The notes beneath the pieces were generated by a model. It made no database searches and was not told the DNA's origin. It worked only from the letters and a program-made list of their open reading frames with translations. The position numbers and the translations under genes are program-made. Shown here in pieces: positions 1 through 12,289 of a stretch of DNA of 64,000 nt (the stretch's first letter is position 1; each line of letters opens with the position of its first letter). The stretch is from positions 5,394,001 through 5,458,000 of the forward strand of contig NC_043005.1 of NCBI RefSeq assembly GCF_006345805.1. Direction: 5' to 3'. The DNA comes from Octopus sinensis. Lineage: Eukaryota.

Positions 1-228
1 CCTTTTCAAATACCAACCTCCCTTCTATTGCATCTGGTTCTATGTTATAAAGTTCCTGTTTTAAAATGATCTGAATTAAAACTTTCCACCAAAATTTCAT
101 GTTGATTTATGTTCCAAACACCAGATTAATAATGACAAAGTTATTTTGCTAAATTCTTCATTATTTTTGAAATTAACTAAAACAATGAGAATGTATTTTG
201 ACAGACATGTATGGTAACAAAAGGGTTA
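1..228 (+). mobile_element. TTAA-flanked ~230-bp MITE, family M1 (5' end clipped by window edge)
   Basis: Ends in ggtaacaaaagggttaa; body matches the other M1 copies. Confidence 0.75.
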
Positions 229-1917
229 AAATAAACCAAATTAAAACCTTCCATCAATTCCATGTAAATTTTTAAAATAATGAAAAATTTAGTGAAAAAT
301 GTCATCATTGCAAAGCTGGTGTCTGGAGCATAGATTAACTGAAACAAAGGCAGGATGTTTCATCCGAAATATGTTAACAAAAGGTTTGATATATCAACAC
401 ATTAACAAGTTTATTATTCCTTTTGTTTCTGTCTCAGCTATTCTGCAGAATACTGCTGATTGCTCTTATTTCTTTCAGTCACTTCCAAAACCTCATGCTT
501 AAAAATTTAGCTTTATTTTTGTTTTTTGCGTCCTTGATGTCTATGCTTCTGTATCTTTTTCTCTGATCCTAGGTCTGCTCCAACAATATAAAGAGCTAGG
601 TGTCAGCCATGAACAAGTATGGCTTGGCAATGTGTACTATGCTTCCACTAAATACTTTATAAGTAGGCATACACACCATTTCAGTACTCTCAAACACATC
701 AAGGATGTGACAACTGGAGGGAGAGAGAATTGAACCAGCACTTTGCTTGGCTACTACTCATTTTATACTGGAGCAATGCAAAGTGCTTAAGTGCTTTGTT
801 TAGTGACACATAATGCCCTGTCCAGAAATTGAACCAATGGCATTGAATCTGAAGCATACACCCTCATACCTCACCCCTACAATGATATAAATTAACCATT
901 AACCCTAATCCTTTCCATCAGCAACCTCAAACTCTGCATTACAAGTTGTCATCAGGTCAAAATTTATGAGCATAACTTTGTATTGTGAACTCAGTAAATG
1001 TCTGTTATGTTTTATATTCCTTTATTCTAAAGCAAACCATTCACATTCTTAACTGACAGAACAGAGTTTAGAACGTGTAATTTTAATTGAAATTTTCACA
1101 ATTTATAAGAAAAACGAAAATACAAGAGGGAATGGATAAATAGATAGAAGTTTCTAGAACTACTCCACGATAGTGTCTGTTGTTATCAAGAAGAAAGAAA
1201 ACTGTACGAAAGTTCTTCCAAGATCTTTCAAAATCTCTTAGGATTTGAAACTAATTATGATTGTGATGCAATTTTTTAATAGTTACATAATTAGCTAAAC
1301 TACTTAGTAGATAGCAAGTAATGTTTGACTGTTATATTTTACTTGCTATATTTTATGTAGGTTATCTGGATATGATCATAATAAATAGCAGTTTATGAGC
1401 TCATCATTATCTCTCTCTTTTTCTCTCTCTCGCAACTCAAACACAGTAATGTAGATAAGTGTTAAGCTAATAATTACTGGTATTGATGATGTTATTGCTG
1501 TCATTATTCTTCCAGCTCTTTATGTTCTGAGTTCAACTCTTGCCATGGTCAACTTTACCTTTCATCTTTTGTGATTGATAAAGTATAGTACCAGACAAGA
1601 ACTGAGAAAGTATAGAACTGGGGTCAAAAGTATTGACTGTTCCTCTCCCCTCAAAAGTTGTTGGCTTTATGTTGAAATTAGAAACTGATAATGATGGCAG
1701 TCCCATTAAGCACCAGGAAAATGCTTTGCTGCATTTGTTCCAGCACTTAACGTTTTGAGTTCAAATCTGGTTGAGGTCAACTTTACCTTTTATTCTTCTG
1801 GGCTCAATGCAATAAAGTACCAGTCGCCTACTGTAGTCAGTGGTATTAACTGAACTTCTCTCCTCAAAATTTCTGGTTTAGTGCCAAAATTTGAAACTGT
1901 TATCATTATTATTATTA

Positions 1918-2146
1918 TTAACCCTTTCATTACCAACCCGGCTGAAACCAGCTCTGGCTCTGTAGTACAAATGTCTTGTTTTCATAAGTTCTGAATTAAA
2001 ATCTTCCACCAAACTTTAGTCACAATTTATGTTCCTAACACTATCTAAATGAAAGCTAAGCTATTTTACAAAATTCTTTGTTATATTCAAAGTAATTGAA
2101 ACAAACACAGAGCATCTCAGAATAAATACAGTGACAAAAGGGTTAA
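1918..2146 (+). mobile_element. Complete TTAA-flanked MITE, family M1 (piggyBac-like ends)
   Basis: TTAA-CCCTTT...AAAGGG-TTAA ends. Related copies by eye at about 5775-6004(-), 7000-7198(-), 7360-7540(-), 8363-8563(-), 8590-8778(-), 10230-10400(-), 16640-16975(-), 21260-21424(-), 33688-34030(-), 37390-37973(+, three), 43840-44035(+), 44075-44272(-), 45620-46150(+, two), 46835-47270(+, two), 53275-54100(+), 58130-58443(+), 58590-58782(-). Confidence 0.8.
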
Positions 2147-2147
2147 A

Positions 2148-2372
2148 GGGCAGCAAGATGGCTGAATCATTAGCATGCCAGGCAAAATGTTTAGCAGCAT
2201 TTCATTCATCCTTACATTCTGAGTTCAAATTCTAGCAAAGCCAACTTTGCCTTTCATCCTTTCAAGGTTGATGAAATAAGTACCAGTTATGCACTGGGGT
2301 CAATGTAATCAACTAGCCCTCTCCTCCAAAATTTCAGGCCTTGTACTTATAGTAGAAAAGATTATTATTATT
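2148..2372 (+). mobile_element. tRNA-derived SINE with MetaSINE-like core (representative copy)
   Basis: Pol III-like head (tggctgaatc...gagttcaaat), core ctttgcctttcatcctt...aataagtaccag, (ATT)n tail. Other copies at about 1510-1690, 1700-1915, 15580-15965, 23205-23417(-), 24045-25272, 35690-35880, 36595-36830, 38190-38600, 51760-51950. Confidence 0.75.
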
Positions 2373-2654
2373 GTTGTTATTTATTAAAAAGATGGTGAAT
2401 TGGTAGAATCACTGGAGCAGTGGACAAAGTGCTTGGTGGGGTTTCGTTTGGCCTTTCATTCTTTTGGTGGCAGTGGTGGTGGGAGGGGGAGGGTAAAAAA
2501 ATAAGTAGCAGTTGAGCATTGGGGGGTCAATGTAATCAGCTCCCCCCCCCACCTACCCTCATAGATGCTCTTTTGCTGAACCACCAAGTTATGGAGATGT
2601 AAACACACCAACACCAGCTGTGAAGTGGGGGTGGCGTACCCCCACCCCCATACA

Positions 2655-2808
2655 ATGGGCCTCTTTCAGTTTCTGTCTACCAAATCCACTCACAAGGCTT
2701 TGTTCAACCTGTGGCTATAGTAGAAGACACTTGCCCTTGGTACCACACTGGGACTGAACCTGGAACTCTGTGATTGAGAAGCAAACTTCTTACCACACAG
2801 CCATGCCT
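2655..2808 (-). mobile_element. tRNA-derived SINE with CORE-like segment (OR-like; representative copy)
   Basis: Reverse complement of ggcatggctgtgtggtaagaag...ggttcagtccca...gggcaagtgtcttctactatag...gtggatttggtagacagaaactgaaag. Similar copies at about 10410, 13595, 14260(-), 16005, 18825, 26690, 32390, 34105, 35395(-), 39720, 39945, 40455, 45065(-), 59030, 59895(-), 62705(-). Confidence 0.75.
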
Positions 2809-3271
2809 AAAATTTTTGCAAAATACATGATGGTGATGATGATGGTGTATTTTTTTTCTAAATTTTCCATTAGTCTGTATTTCTTATCCATAATGTCTCA
2901 TAATGATGGGACACAGTTGTAATTGGCGAGCCCATGAATACTCCAACATCCATTGTTGCACTCCCAGTTACTTGGCTCCCCATTAAAAGACACCTCGTAT
3001 GATTTCACAGAACTTTTATTTGTTAACTTCTCTCATTTTTTTCTTTTTATTCAAGAAATTATGTACAGTGAGTATTTAAAAAAAAACAAGAATGCTAAGA
3101 TATTTTAGTATATTTGCTTAAAATACGAGGCTGAGAACAGTCTCTTGGAATCCTGTCATCCATTAAGATATTGCAATATGTGGAGACTGTAGATTAGGGT
3201 TTTATTGTGAAATTTTTACATGTTAATTAAGATACTGTATAATTGAAGAAAAAGTTCTTTTTTTCCTGCAG

Positions 3272-3337
3272 TATAAGTAAAGGAGGTTTCGTCAGTCGAA
3301 ACAAGCCATGGAGAGACACAGTGCTTCTTGAAAGAGG
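3272..3337 (+). CDS. Sulf1: Extracellular sulfatase (SULF1/SULF2 family), internal exon A: ISKGGFVSRNKPWRDTVLLER(G)
   Basis: Acceptor ttttttcctgcag, donor GG|gtaagt; 66 nt, phase 2-2. WRDTVLLERG matches the SULF motif WRD(T/S)FLVERG at the catalytic/hydrophilic domain boundary. Sulf1 is used as the invertebrate family name; orthology not tested. Confidence 0.9.
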
Positions 3338-4357
3338 GTAAGTGATTGTTATTATTAATTATTATTAATTTTCATTGAAGTAGATTTCATTTTCTATTTC
3401 CTCTCTATACTAATAAATATTGATCTCCATATAATAAATAGTTACACTAATCTACACTATACTATTATAAAGAAAGCTGCTTATTAATTAGTTTAGTGAA
3501 TGTATCTTTTATCAAAAGAAAGCAATTATTATTAAAGCCTTCGCTGTCTAGAAAATTCTTATAAATATCATTTTAATATAATTTTTTTTATCAAAATGTG
3601 GTTTTCAAGTTACTTTCATCAATGAAGATTTCAACTTCATGATTTAATCACAAAACATAGTTATCCTACTTGTGTGATAGTGTTTTTTAACATTCCTGAT
3701 TATAGTTCTGGAAATTTAAAGGTTGCCTAATTATTTGAAATGCGTCTTTCTTCAGTTATATCATGTAAAATAAACATTTCTCCAAATTATAAGTTCACTT
3801 CAGTGTCAGCCAAATTGTGTTGATTCCAGCATCCTTTCATTTTTGTTAGGTGTTGTTGAAGAAATAGAAATCAGAATAAGAAAATTTGTTTTACTTAAGT
3901 CCATTGCAAAATATAAACTTGTATAAATTGATCATTATTGTCTTTTTGTTATTGTTTTCAGTAGTAATTTAGGTGGTCAGTTGAAGTCTTTGTAGTGTTA
4001 AGTAAATGATGGAAACCTATTCCTTGATATGATGTTTTGGTGCAGGATCCAGATACCAACTGCAAACTTTAGCTAGTTTTCCACTTTAAATTTCAGTGTT
4101 GTTTCCCTTGTTTTTGACAAGAATTATTTACGTGAAAGATTTGTTCTTCTGTTCATTATGAGTGTAATTTTATTTGGTCAAAAATTATTCTGTGAGACTC
4201 AATACATTAAGTACATAAGTCCTCTGTTAACTATGCATCCTTCTCAAAGAAGGCATAATTAAAAACATTTCTGTCGCATTATTTTCAGTTACCTAATCAG
4301 TGATGTTTTTTTCACTAAAATCCTATATATCAGCATAGCTGTTGCAAAATCTGCCAC

Positions 4358-5647
4358 ATACAATAAACACTAACAATGCGCAGAGAACAACTTCCACCAC
4401 ATTCCAGGGAGAAAAACTAGAAGTAGTTGATAGCTTCTGTTACCTAGGTGACCAAGTCAGTAGCGGGGGGGGGGGTTGCTCTGAAAGTGTAGCTGCTAGA
4501 ATAAGAATAGCTTGGGCAAAGTTCACAGAGCTCTTACCCCTGCTGGTGACAAAGGGCCTCTTGTTCAGAGTAAAAGGTAGACTCTATGACACATGTGTAC
4601 AAACAGCTATGCTACATGGCAGTGAAACATGGGCTGTGACTGCTGAGGACATGTGTAAGCTCACAAGGAATGATGCTAGTATGATGCGATGGATGTGTAA
4701 TGTCAGTGTGCATACTAGACAGAGTGTAAGTACCTTGAGAGAAAAGTTGGACCTCAGAAGCATCAGATGTGGTGTGCAAGAGAGATGACTGTGCTGGTAT
4801 GGTCATGTAGCGAGAATGGATGAGGATAGCTGTGTGAAAAAGTGCCACACCCTAGTGGTTGAGGGAACCTGTGGAAGAGGCAGACCCAGGAGGACCTGAG
4901 ATGAAGTGGTGAAGCACGACCTTCAAACTTTAGGCCTCACCGAGGAAATGACTAGTGACCGAGACCTTTGGAAGTATGCTTTGCTTGAGAAGACCTGGCA
5001 AGCCAAATGAGACCTCGTGGCCTGTGCCAGGGGTGTAACCAGCCCAATTGTGCGTACCTTTTCCTTCTTTGGACACTAAACTCTGCTTGTGAAGACTTGT
5101 TAAGGCAAGTGAAATCAAAATCAAAGTGAAATTCGATGACGGGCATGAGCACCATACGAGCGTGATCGTTTGACAGAGCAGCTAACCGACTTCTGTGGCA
5201 CATAAAAGGCACCATTCGAGTGTGATCGTTGCCAGCCTCGCCTTACTGGCACTTGTGCCCTGTGCTAGTAGGGTACCAAGAGCACCATCTGAGCGTGATC
5301 GTTGCCAGAGTGGATAACTGGCTTCCATGCTGGTGGCACACAGGAGACACCATTCGAGCGGGAGTGTTACCAGCATCGCTATACTGGCACCTGTGCTGTT
5401 GGCATATGTAAAAAAAAATTTGAGCGAGGTCGTTGCCTGTACCGCCTGACTGGCCCCCGTGCCGGTGGTACGTAAAAGCACCCACTAAACTCTCGGAGTG
5501 GTTGGCATTACGAAGGGTATCCAGCTGTAGAAACTCTGCCAGATCAAGACTGGAGCCTGGTGCAGCCATCTGGTTTGCCAGCCCACAGTCAAACCGTCCA
5601 ACCCATGCTAGCATGGAAAGCGGATGTTAAACGACGATGATGATGAT
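4358..5647 (+). mobile_element. 5'-truncated RTE-clade LINE: C-terminal ORF2 remnant, repetitive 3' UTR and (GAT)n tail
   Basis: LEVVDSFCYLGD...RIRIAWAKF...KGRLY..CVQTAMLHGSETW...MMRWMC are typical RTE post-RT motifs. In-frame stop at 4786-4788 (likely CGA>TGA), natural stop near 5008-5010, tail gttaaacgacgatgatgatgat. Confidence 0.88.
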
Positions 5648-7824
5648 TACAGGCCTAAAATTAACTTATTATGTATTTTCTTTTTCTTTTGTGGGCTGGG
5701 AGCATCACTAACTTGTGTTCACTCCTACATAAGTAACAGTGCTCAGAATATTTGTGGCTACATTCGAAGGGTTTTAACCTTCTTGTTACCCTATTTCTTT
5801 TGAAATATTCTACCTTTTTTTCTGTTAATTTCTAAAATATCAAAGGATTTGGTAAAACCACTTTGTCATTATTAAGTTGGTATTTGGAATATAAATTAAC
5901 ATGAAATTCTAATAGAAGTTTTTAATTTAGATCACTTTAAAACAGTAAGTTTGTATCACAGAACCAGGTGTAGTCTCAGGTGGGTTAGTATCAAAAGGAT
6001 TAAATATTTCTAGAATGTTCCCTTAATGTAAAAATGTCCTTGAAGATTACTTGGTCTCTGTTAAAAATAATCTGCATTATTACTCAAAGAATCAGTCAGT
6101 TTTTCTATTAGACTATTTTATGGTTTTGCTAACTTAAAATGTCAAAGTTGTTTGCACATTAGATTTAAAATTAGCTTCAAATGGAGTTTGTATATAGATT
6201 ATACAGATGCATCCATTGCAATTTAAAGTTTAAGTTACTTGACAAATCACTGGTATTTATAGCTTTGTGTGTATTGTATTTGTATCCCTTGTTGCAAATA
6301 CTGGGTTTGTACAGGGTATATATATGTAGAAAATAAAACAGAGCAGGAGAGATTGTTTGTAAGAAATTTAGTTACACATTGTATAGACATCACTAGAGTT
6401 ATGTAAGTTTTGTGCATAAGATTATTGGAATGAAAAGATTGCAGAATCCACCATTTTCCAGATGGCTGGTGGCTTATGTATAGAAGTTACATGTCTCTGA
6501 TGATTTGACAATACATTGTGGTTGAATGTAGGATATTGGTGATGGTTGTGGATGAAGTAGTAACATTAGTGCTAGTACATCAGTGTAGTAAATTCATTAG
6601 TAGGGTGTGTTGAAATAGAAATGAAAAATCTTATAGAATAGAGATGTAATGATAGAAGAAATAAAGTTATGATAGATCATATGATAAATCTTAACTAAGA
6701 TCTAATGATTATCTGGGAAACCTGTTAGATTGTATTTCTTCTTTAGCTATAGTTGATAATCCTGATGGATAATGTGGAAAGTCCATTCCAGTTTGTGTGG
6801 AAACAACATTTTGCTGTGGAATATTGAATCTTTTATCTGCTGTTTGTGGTTAAAAGCATCTTTAATTGTGAAGGGGAAGCTAAATCTTATAGGAACAGTT
6901 TTTACAAATTTCAGAATACAAAATTTTAAAAAAACAAACAAAAGCCAAGACAAAAAAAAATAAACTCTTAAGTATCTATAGTAACTGAGAGAAAGAGATG
7001 ATGTTATACCACTTCAAACTGGTTTTTTTTCAATTAATTTTGAGAATAATGAAGAATTTGTCATTATTAAGCAGTTATTTAGAACATAAATTAATATGAA
7101 ACTTTGATAAAAGCTTTTGATTTAAAGCACTTTAAAATTTGAAGTTTGTGTCACAGGACCAGGAGTGACTCCAAGTGGTTTGATATCAAAAGGATTAAAA
7201 GAACGGGACAAATATGTTAGAAAAATGTTCCAAATACCATATTAAATTACACAATCTTCATTTCAATTCATTCTGAAAATAATGAATTTATTAACATTAT
7301 TATTAAGCTGGTGTTAGAAACTTAAATTAACATAACATTTTCATGGACAGTTTTTGTTAACTTTATTCATTTTGTTACCATATTTCTGTTGAAATACACT
7401 GCTATTATTCAGCTGGTATTTGGAAGATAAATAAACATGGAATTTGATGGAAGGTTTTAATTTAAATCAATGTAAAAGAGGCAGTTTGTATCATAGAACC
7501 GAGAACAATCTCAGATAGGTTGGCATCGAAAGGATTAAAGCAAAAATTTTGTATCATAGAACTAGAGGTGGCTTTGGGTGGGTTGATTGCAAAGGTCAGT
7601 TTTGGTTGATCAAAGATGTAGGTTCATCTCTTATATACAAGAATTAAATTAAGAACAAAAATAATTATGTAGTCTTTTCAGCAGCTAATTAACCTTATTA
7701 ATTTGTTTCTTTTAATGGTTTGTATGTGTCTGAGGGAGGGACTCCTGTTGAAACTAAATATTCTCTTCATATGTCTCTGTATTTTGTAATAATACTGTTT
7801 CATTTATGAATTGTTGGGTTTCAG

Positions 7825-8011
7825 AAAAATCTCCAAGAAAATTCGTAAACAGATGTTGCGACAAGAGAAAATGTTGGCCTGGTTCAGTAAAAGTGAACTG
7901 CAAAAGAATGGCATCCGTAGCCCGTCTGTAAACTTCCAGATGTTCTCTGGAGCTGATCTTGTTGAGCTTTGTGAACGACCAGAATTCAAATCTCCTTGCA
8001 AACCACGACAA
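7825..8011 (+). CDS. Sulf1: SULF exon B: KISKKIRKQMLRQEK...LVELCERPEFKSPCKPRQ
   Basis: Acceptor gggtttcag, donor CAA|gtaagt; 187 nt, phase 2-0, joins exon A in frame (ERG-KIS). ELCERPEFKSPCKPRQ resembles SULF1 ELCQQARYQTACEQPGQ. Confidence 0.9.
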
Positions 8012-8980
8012 GTAAGTTACTCTTGTTTCAGTCATAAAACATTGATGAAATATATTTCATGCTTGAAATTAATGCAATGTGAAATGTTATGAAATATTAG
8101 GAAATATATAATGATGAAATAAAGGATGGCTTATCCGAATAGTTACGGTTATGATGTCAAACCTCATATTTCAGGCAGTGAAAAATAGGTACCATTCTAG
8201 CATGAGGTTTGAATGGTCAGTGCTAAGAGAGTTGTTTTATGAAGAAAGTGTCATTGCTCCATGACATCTGCAACATAACTTAGGTTTCACTTGTGGAAAT
8301 ATTCTTGGATTTGTGAATTTGGTGAGGAGAGAGATGGATACAATTAGATAAGACTTTTAGATTTAACTTTTTTTTAACATATTTCTGTTGAAATAAACTG
8401 TGTTCATTTCAATAAGTTTTGAAAATAATGAAGAATTTAGTAAAATAGTTTTGTCATTAATAATTTGGTGTTTGGAAAATGAATTATGAAATTTAGATCA
8501 CTTTAAAACAAGTTTGTATCATAGAACCAAGGCTGGCCTCGGGCAGTCTGGTAATAAAAGGGTGGAAAAGACCTAAAGATACATTAAAAAATGTGCCAAA
8601 TACTACATTTCTGTTGACATACATTATCTTTGCTTCAATTAATTTTGAAAGTAATGAAGGATTTAGAAAAATAACTCAGTTGTTATTAATCTGATGCTTG
8701 GAACATTACATGAAATTTAACTGCTTTAAAACTGGAAATTTGGACAAGTTTTGGGGAGGTTGATATGGAAAGGGTTAAAGGAGAAGCAGCATTGGCAGAT
8801 TGTGCCATCTGAATCTCAGCAGGTTATGTGGTTATTCATTGAAAGTAATAATTGATCGTGTGTTGCAGAATGGGAAAAATATGATCATTCCTGGTTTGTT
8901 TGTAGATTTGATTTTTTTGTAGACGTTTGCTTGTTTCTTAAAAATTTTTTTTTAATTCGAAATATTTGTTTTTGTCAAAG

Positions 8981-9164
8981 GCTTGGGAATGTCGCTTTGA
9001 GAAAGGAACACCTGAAATATTTAGATGCCGTACAAATCGTCCAAGCTATATGCCAGGACTTCAGAATGACCCTGCTTGCATATGTCCTTCACCTCGACCC
9101 CGCAGCCAAGAGAAACTGGAACGTATAAACAATCGAAACTTCATCCGTTCCTACATAAACAGAG
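8981..9164 (+). CDS. Sulf1: SULF exon C: AWECRFEKGTPEIFRCR...CICPSPRPRSQEKLERINNRNFIRSYINR
   Basis: Acceptor tttttgtcaaag (weaker AAG type), donor AG|gttaga; 184 nt, phase 0-1. Q|AWEC...RC and CIC match the SULF Q-KWQC...HKC and CxC cysteine pattern. Confidence 0.88.
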
Positions 9165-9986
9165 GTTAGAAACATTTTGTATTGATTTAAAAATTTTTTT
9201 TCTTTCACAAAATATTTTTAGAAACAACATGGAAAACAATCCTCTCATCCTCATTGAATATCTGATCATTAACACTCTTAATTTTTTTTTAGGTTATATT
9301 CTATAGATTATAGGCACAGTTGTGGCTCTATGGTTAAGAAGTTTGTCTCTCTACGTCTTTGTATTTTTGTTTGTCCCCCACCACTGCCACTTGACATCTG
9401 GTGTTACTTTGTTTACATTTCTGTAACCTAGCAGTTTGGCAGAAGAAGCCAATAGAATAAGTACCTAGAGTCCATAGAAAGTGTAGATTAAAAAGATGAT
9501 GATGATGATGGCAACAATGCATTGATATGATTTTTTACGGTTTGAGAATATCAATATGAGACCGTGTCTTTTCACATGATGATGATGAGCAACAACATAG
9601 ATGGCATTTTAAAGAAAATTCAATATTCTAAAGATATGAACCATTGTTTTAATGTGTGTTTTCTGTATTGGTATGGGTTGAATGGTTGGACGTGAACCAA
9701 CGAGCCAGTTGACTGCACTGAACTCCAGTGTCTGCATGGTCAGCATTGCATGGTTCCTTCAGCTGGATGCTTTTTTTTAATGCTAATCATTTACATCATG
9801 TACTGAGAGCCTTTTCTCATGGCACCCGGTAACTTGCAAGACAAGATTCTTCCATCAAGTGGGGGTATACTATTGAAGGAAGTGAAAATAGGACAGAGGT
9901 GCAGGAACAGGTGTCTTGCAGAAGAGGTACAGCTGAAATGGGAGATGGTTAGGGTGTATCCTCAAGGTACAAAGTGAATATATATA

Positions 9987-10024
<38 letters not shown>

Positions 10025-11229
10025 CATATATACATACATATATATATATCATCATTAAACACACATACACATATGTATATATATTGAGATAACTCATAAA
10101 AAAGAAAGGAGAAACAAGAAAAGTTATTATCAAATGATATTTCTTGTTGTAGAAGGGGCTACAAAACCACTCACATTTCAGAGGACATGAAAGGAGTGAT
10201 CATGGTTGAGCTGGGAAGAGATAAGAGTTGTACTGATGAAGAATTTAGTAAAATAATTTGGCTGTTATTAACTTGGATGTCTGGAACATAAATTCACATG
10301 AAATTTTGATGGAAGTTTTAATTGTGATCACTTTGACAAAAACGAAGTTTGTATTTTAGAACCAAGAGTGGTGTCAAGTTGGTTGGCATCCAAAGGGTTA
10401 TGAATATATTTGTGGCTGTGTGGTTAAAAAGCTTGTTTCCCAACCATTTCATGTTTAGTCCCACTGTGCAGTTTCTTGGACAAATGCCTTCTGCTGATCA
10501 AATGCCTCAGGCTGACCAAACAAAGTTTTGTGAGTGGATTCAGTTGATGTGGATTTATAACAAGAACATTCTCTTTACTTCAATTTCATCATGGAAGGCA
10601 GACATTAAACGATGATGATGATAACATAGTTTATGTGTGGAGTCTGGTTGAAATATCTTCATCATTGGCTTGTGTCAAAACAATGTTATGGTGGTGGTGG
10701 TGGTGGTGGTAGTAGTATATTAGAATCAACTTGAAGAGGATCCAAGTATAGCATCAAATGTCAACATGAAATACCACATGGCTCTCAAACATTATCTTTT
10801 GCAATTTTCTCTTCTTTGGTTCTTCTCTCTTATATCTTGTCTGTTTCTCGCCAGAAGTGAATTTCACTTCTCTCACATCTTTCTCTCTTTATTTGTCTCT
10901 TTGCTCTCTCTATCTCTCAACGCTCCCTCTGTCTCCCTACTCTCTCTCTATCCCTTTCTACTGTCTCTCTACTGTTTCTCTATGCTCTCTGTCTCCCTAT
11001 GCTCTCTCTCTCTGTCTCCTTACTCTCTTTCTCTCTCACTAATCTTTCTCTACTCTCTCTGCCCCCATCACCTGACACAGGTCACTTGACCTCCTTATTA
11101 TGAAATAGTCTGAGCCCCTCCCCCCCACCAATTCCTATCAGCTGTGACTCCCTTCGGCTGTTTTACTTATCTCTGTCCATTTGTTTTAGCAAAATCTAAA
11201 CTTCTGTAAAACAATACAGTGTTATCGTA

Positions 11230-11540
11230 ACAGAAGTTTAAACAAGTGAGGGGTGGGGTGGGGAAAGAGTGGAGTTGGATACAAGGGCAGTGGTGTGGTC
11301 AGTAGGGTGGAGAGGATGATGAGAAATAAGTTGGTTGAGAAATGGTTTTCCCAGCACAACTGAAGATGTGACTGGTGGCAGTAAAGGCAAACACGGAAGC
11401 ACAACCAGGCCCCTGTGCCTATGGTCTTTGGCAGTGGAATCAAGGGCAACTGTGACTGACCAGTGGATGTAATCAGCATTCAGAGTTGGCTTAACCCACC
11501 CTAGGTGAATCCTGCCACAAGTACAAGGACAGCTCACAAT
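11230..11540 (-). mobile_element. Highly degraded possible GIY-YIG / 3' end of a Penelope-like element
   Basis: Fragmentary minus-strand peptides (CELSLY..., CFRVCLYCHQSHLQLCWENHF) loosely follow the PLE endonuclease C-terminus. Same strand as, and downstream of, the PLE RT relic at 12290-12850. Confidence 0.35.
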
Positions 11541-12289
11541 GAAAAATGGAGATAAAAAAAAAAGGTAGGCAAGACAGATGTTTGCAACCTTGCAACTTTA
11601 GTGTCCTTTTGAGTAATGGCCACTCAATGGACTGATGTCCATTTCAAGGCTTTTGAGGAAATAGTTTACTGTGTGTGTGTATGTGTGTGTCCCTCTCTCT
11701 CTCGTTTGTATATATATATGTGTGTGTGTGTGTGAAATGTCTGTGTCCCATGCTGGCATGAGTTGGATGCTTTGAGAGGATTCAATGTGTTGAAGGACTG
11801 CATCATGCTCCAATGTCTGCTTTTGCAAGATTTCTGTAGCTGGATGCTTTTTCTAACACCAGTCACTTTACTGAGCGTACTGGGGTTTTTTTTTCTGTGT
11901 ACCACCTGCCATATTGAGGTCACCCTGCAGTTTGCAGAACCACAAACCCTGAGGTAGGTGGGGGTGTCAGATTCATGATAAAGGACAGGAGGATTGAACT
12001 ATGAGAAGTGGTGGGGGTGGGTGGCAGTGCAGGATCTTGTAGAGGTTCTGCATGACTATTCACATGTAGTAGGGGGAGGGGAGAGAAAGCAAAAATGAAC
12101 AGTAAGAACTGTAAGAGATGAGGTGTCTAAGGGACCCCCACAAAGTGCAAGGTGAGTGGAATTGGTTTGCAAGATTGTGTGGGAAAGAAATTGAAGAGAT
12201 GAGGAAGCAGACTGCCAAAATGGGTAGTGTTTAAGAAGTTAACGATGATGGGGTAGATGGTAAATTGGAATTCTAGGATAGAGTAACAG

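Noticed and set aside
573-733. Possible upstream exon after cctag (LLQQYKELGVSHEQVWLG...)
   Set aside because: No similarity to the expected SULF segment (NIDLAPT...DG.S) and no convincing donor.
10766-11089. 107-aa Leu/Ser-rich ORF and similar VCVC/HTHT/YIYI ORFs throughout
   Set aside because: Translations of (CT)n, (GT)n and (TA)n microsatellites or SINE bodies.
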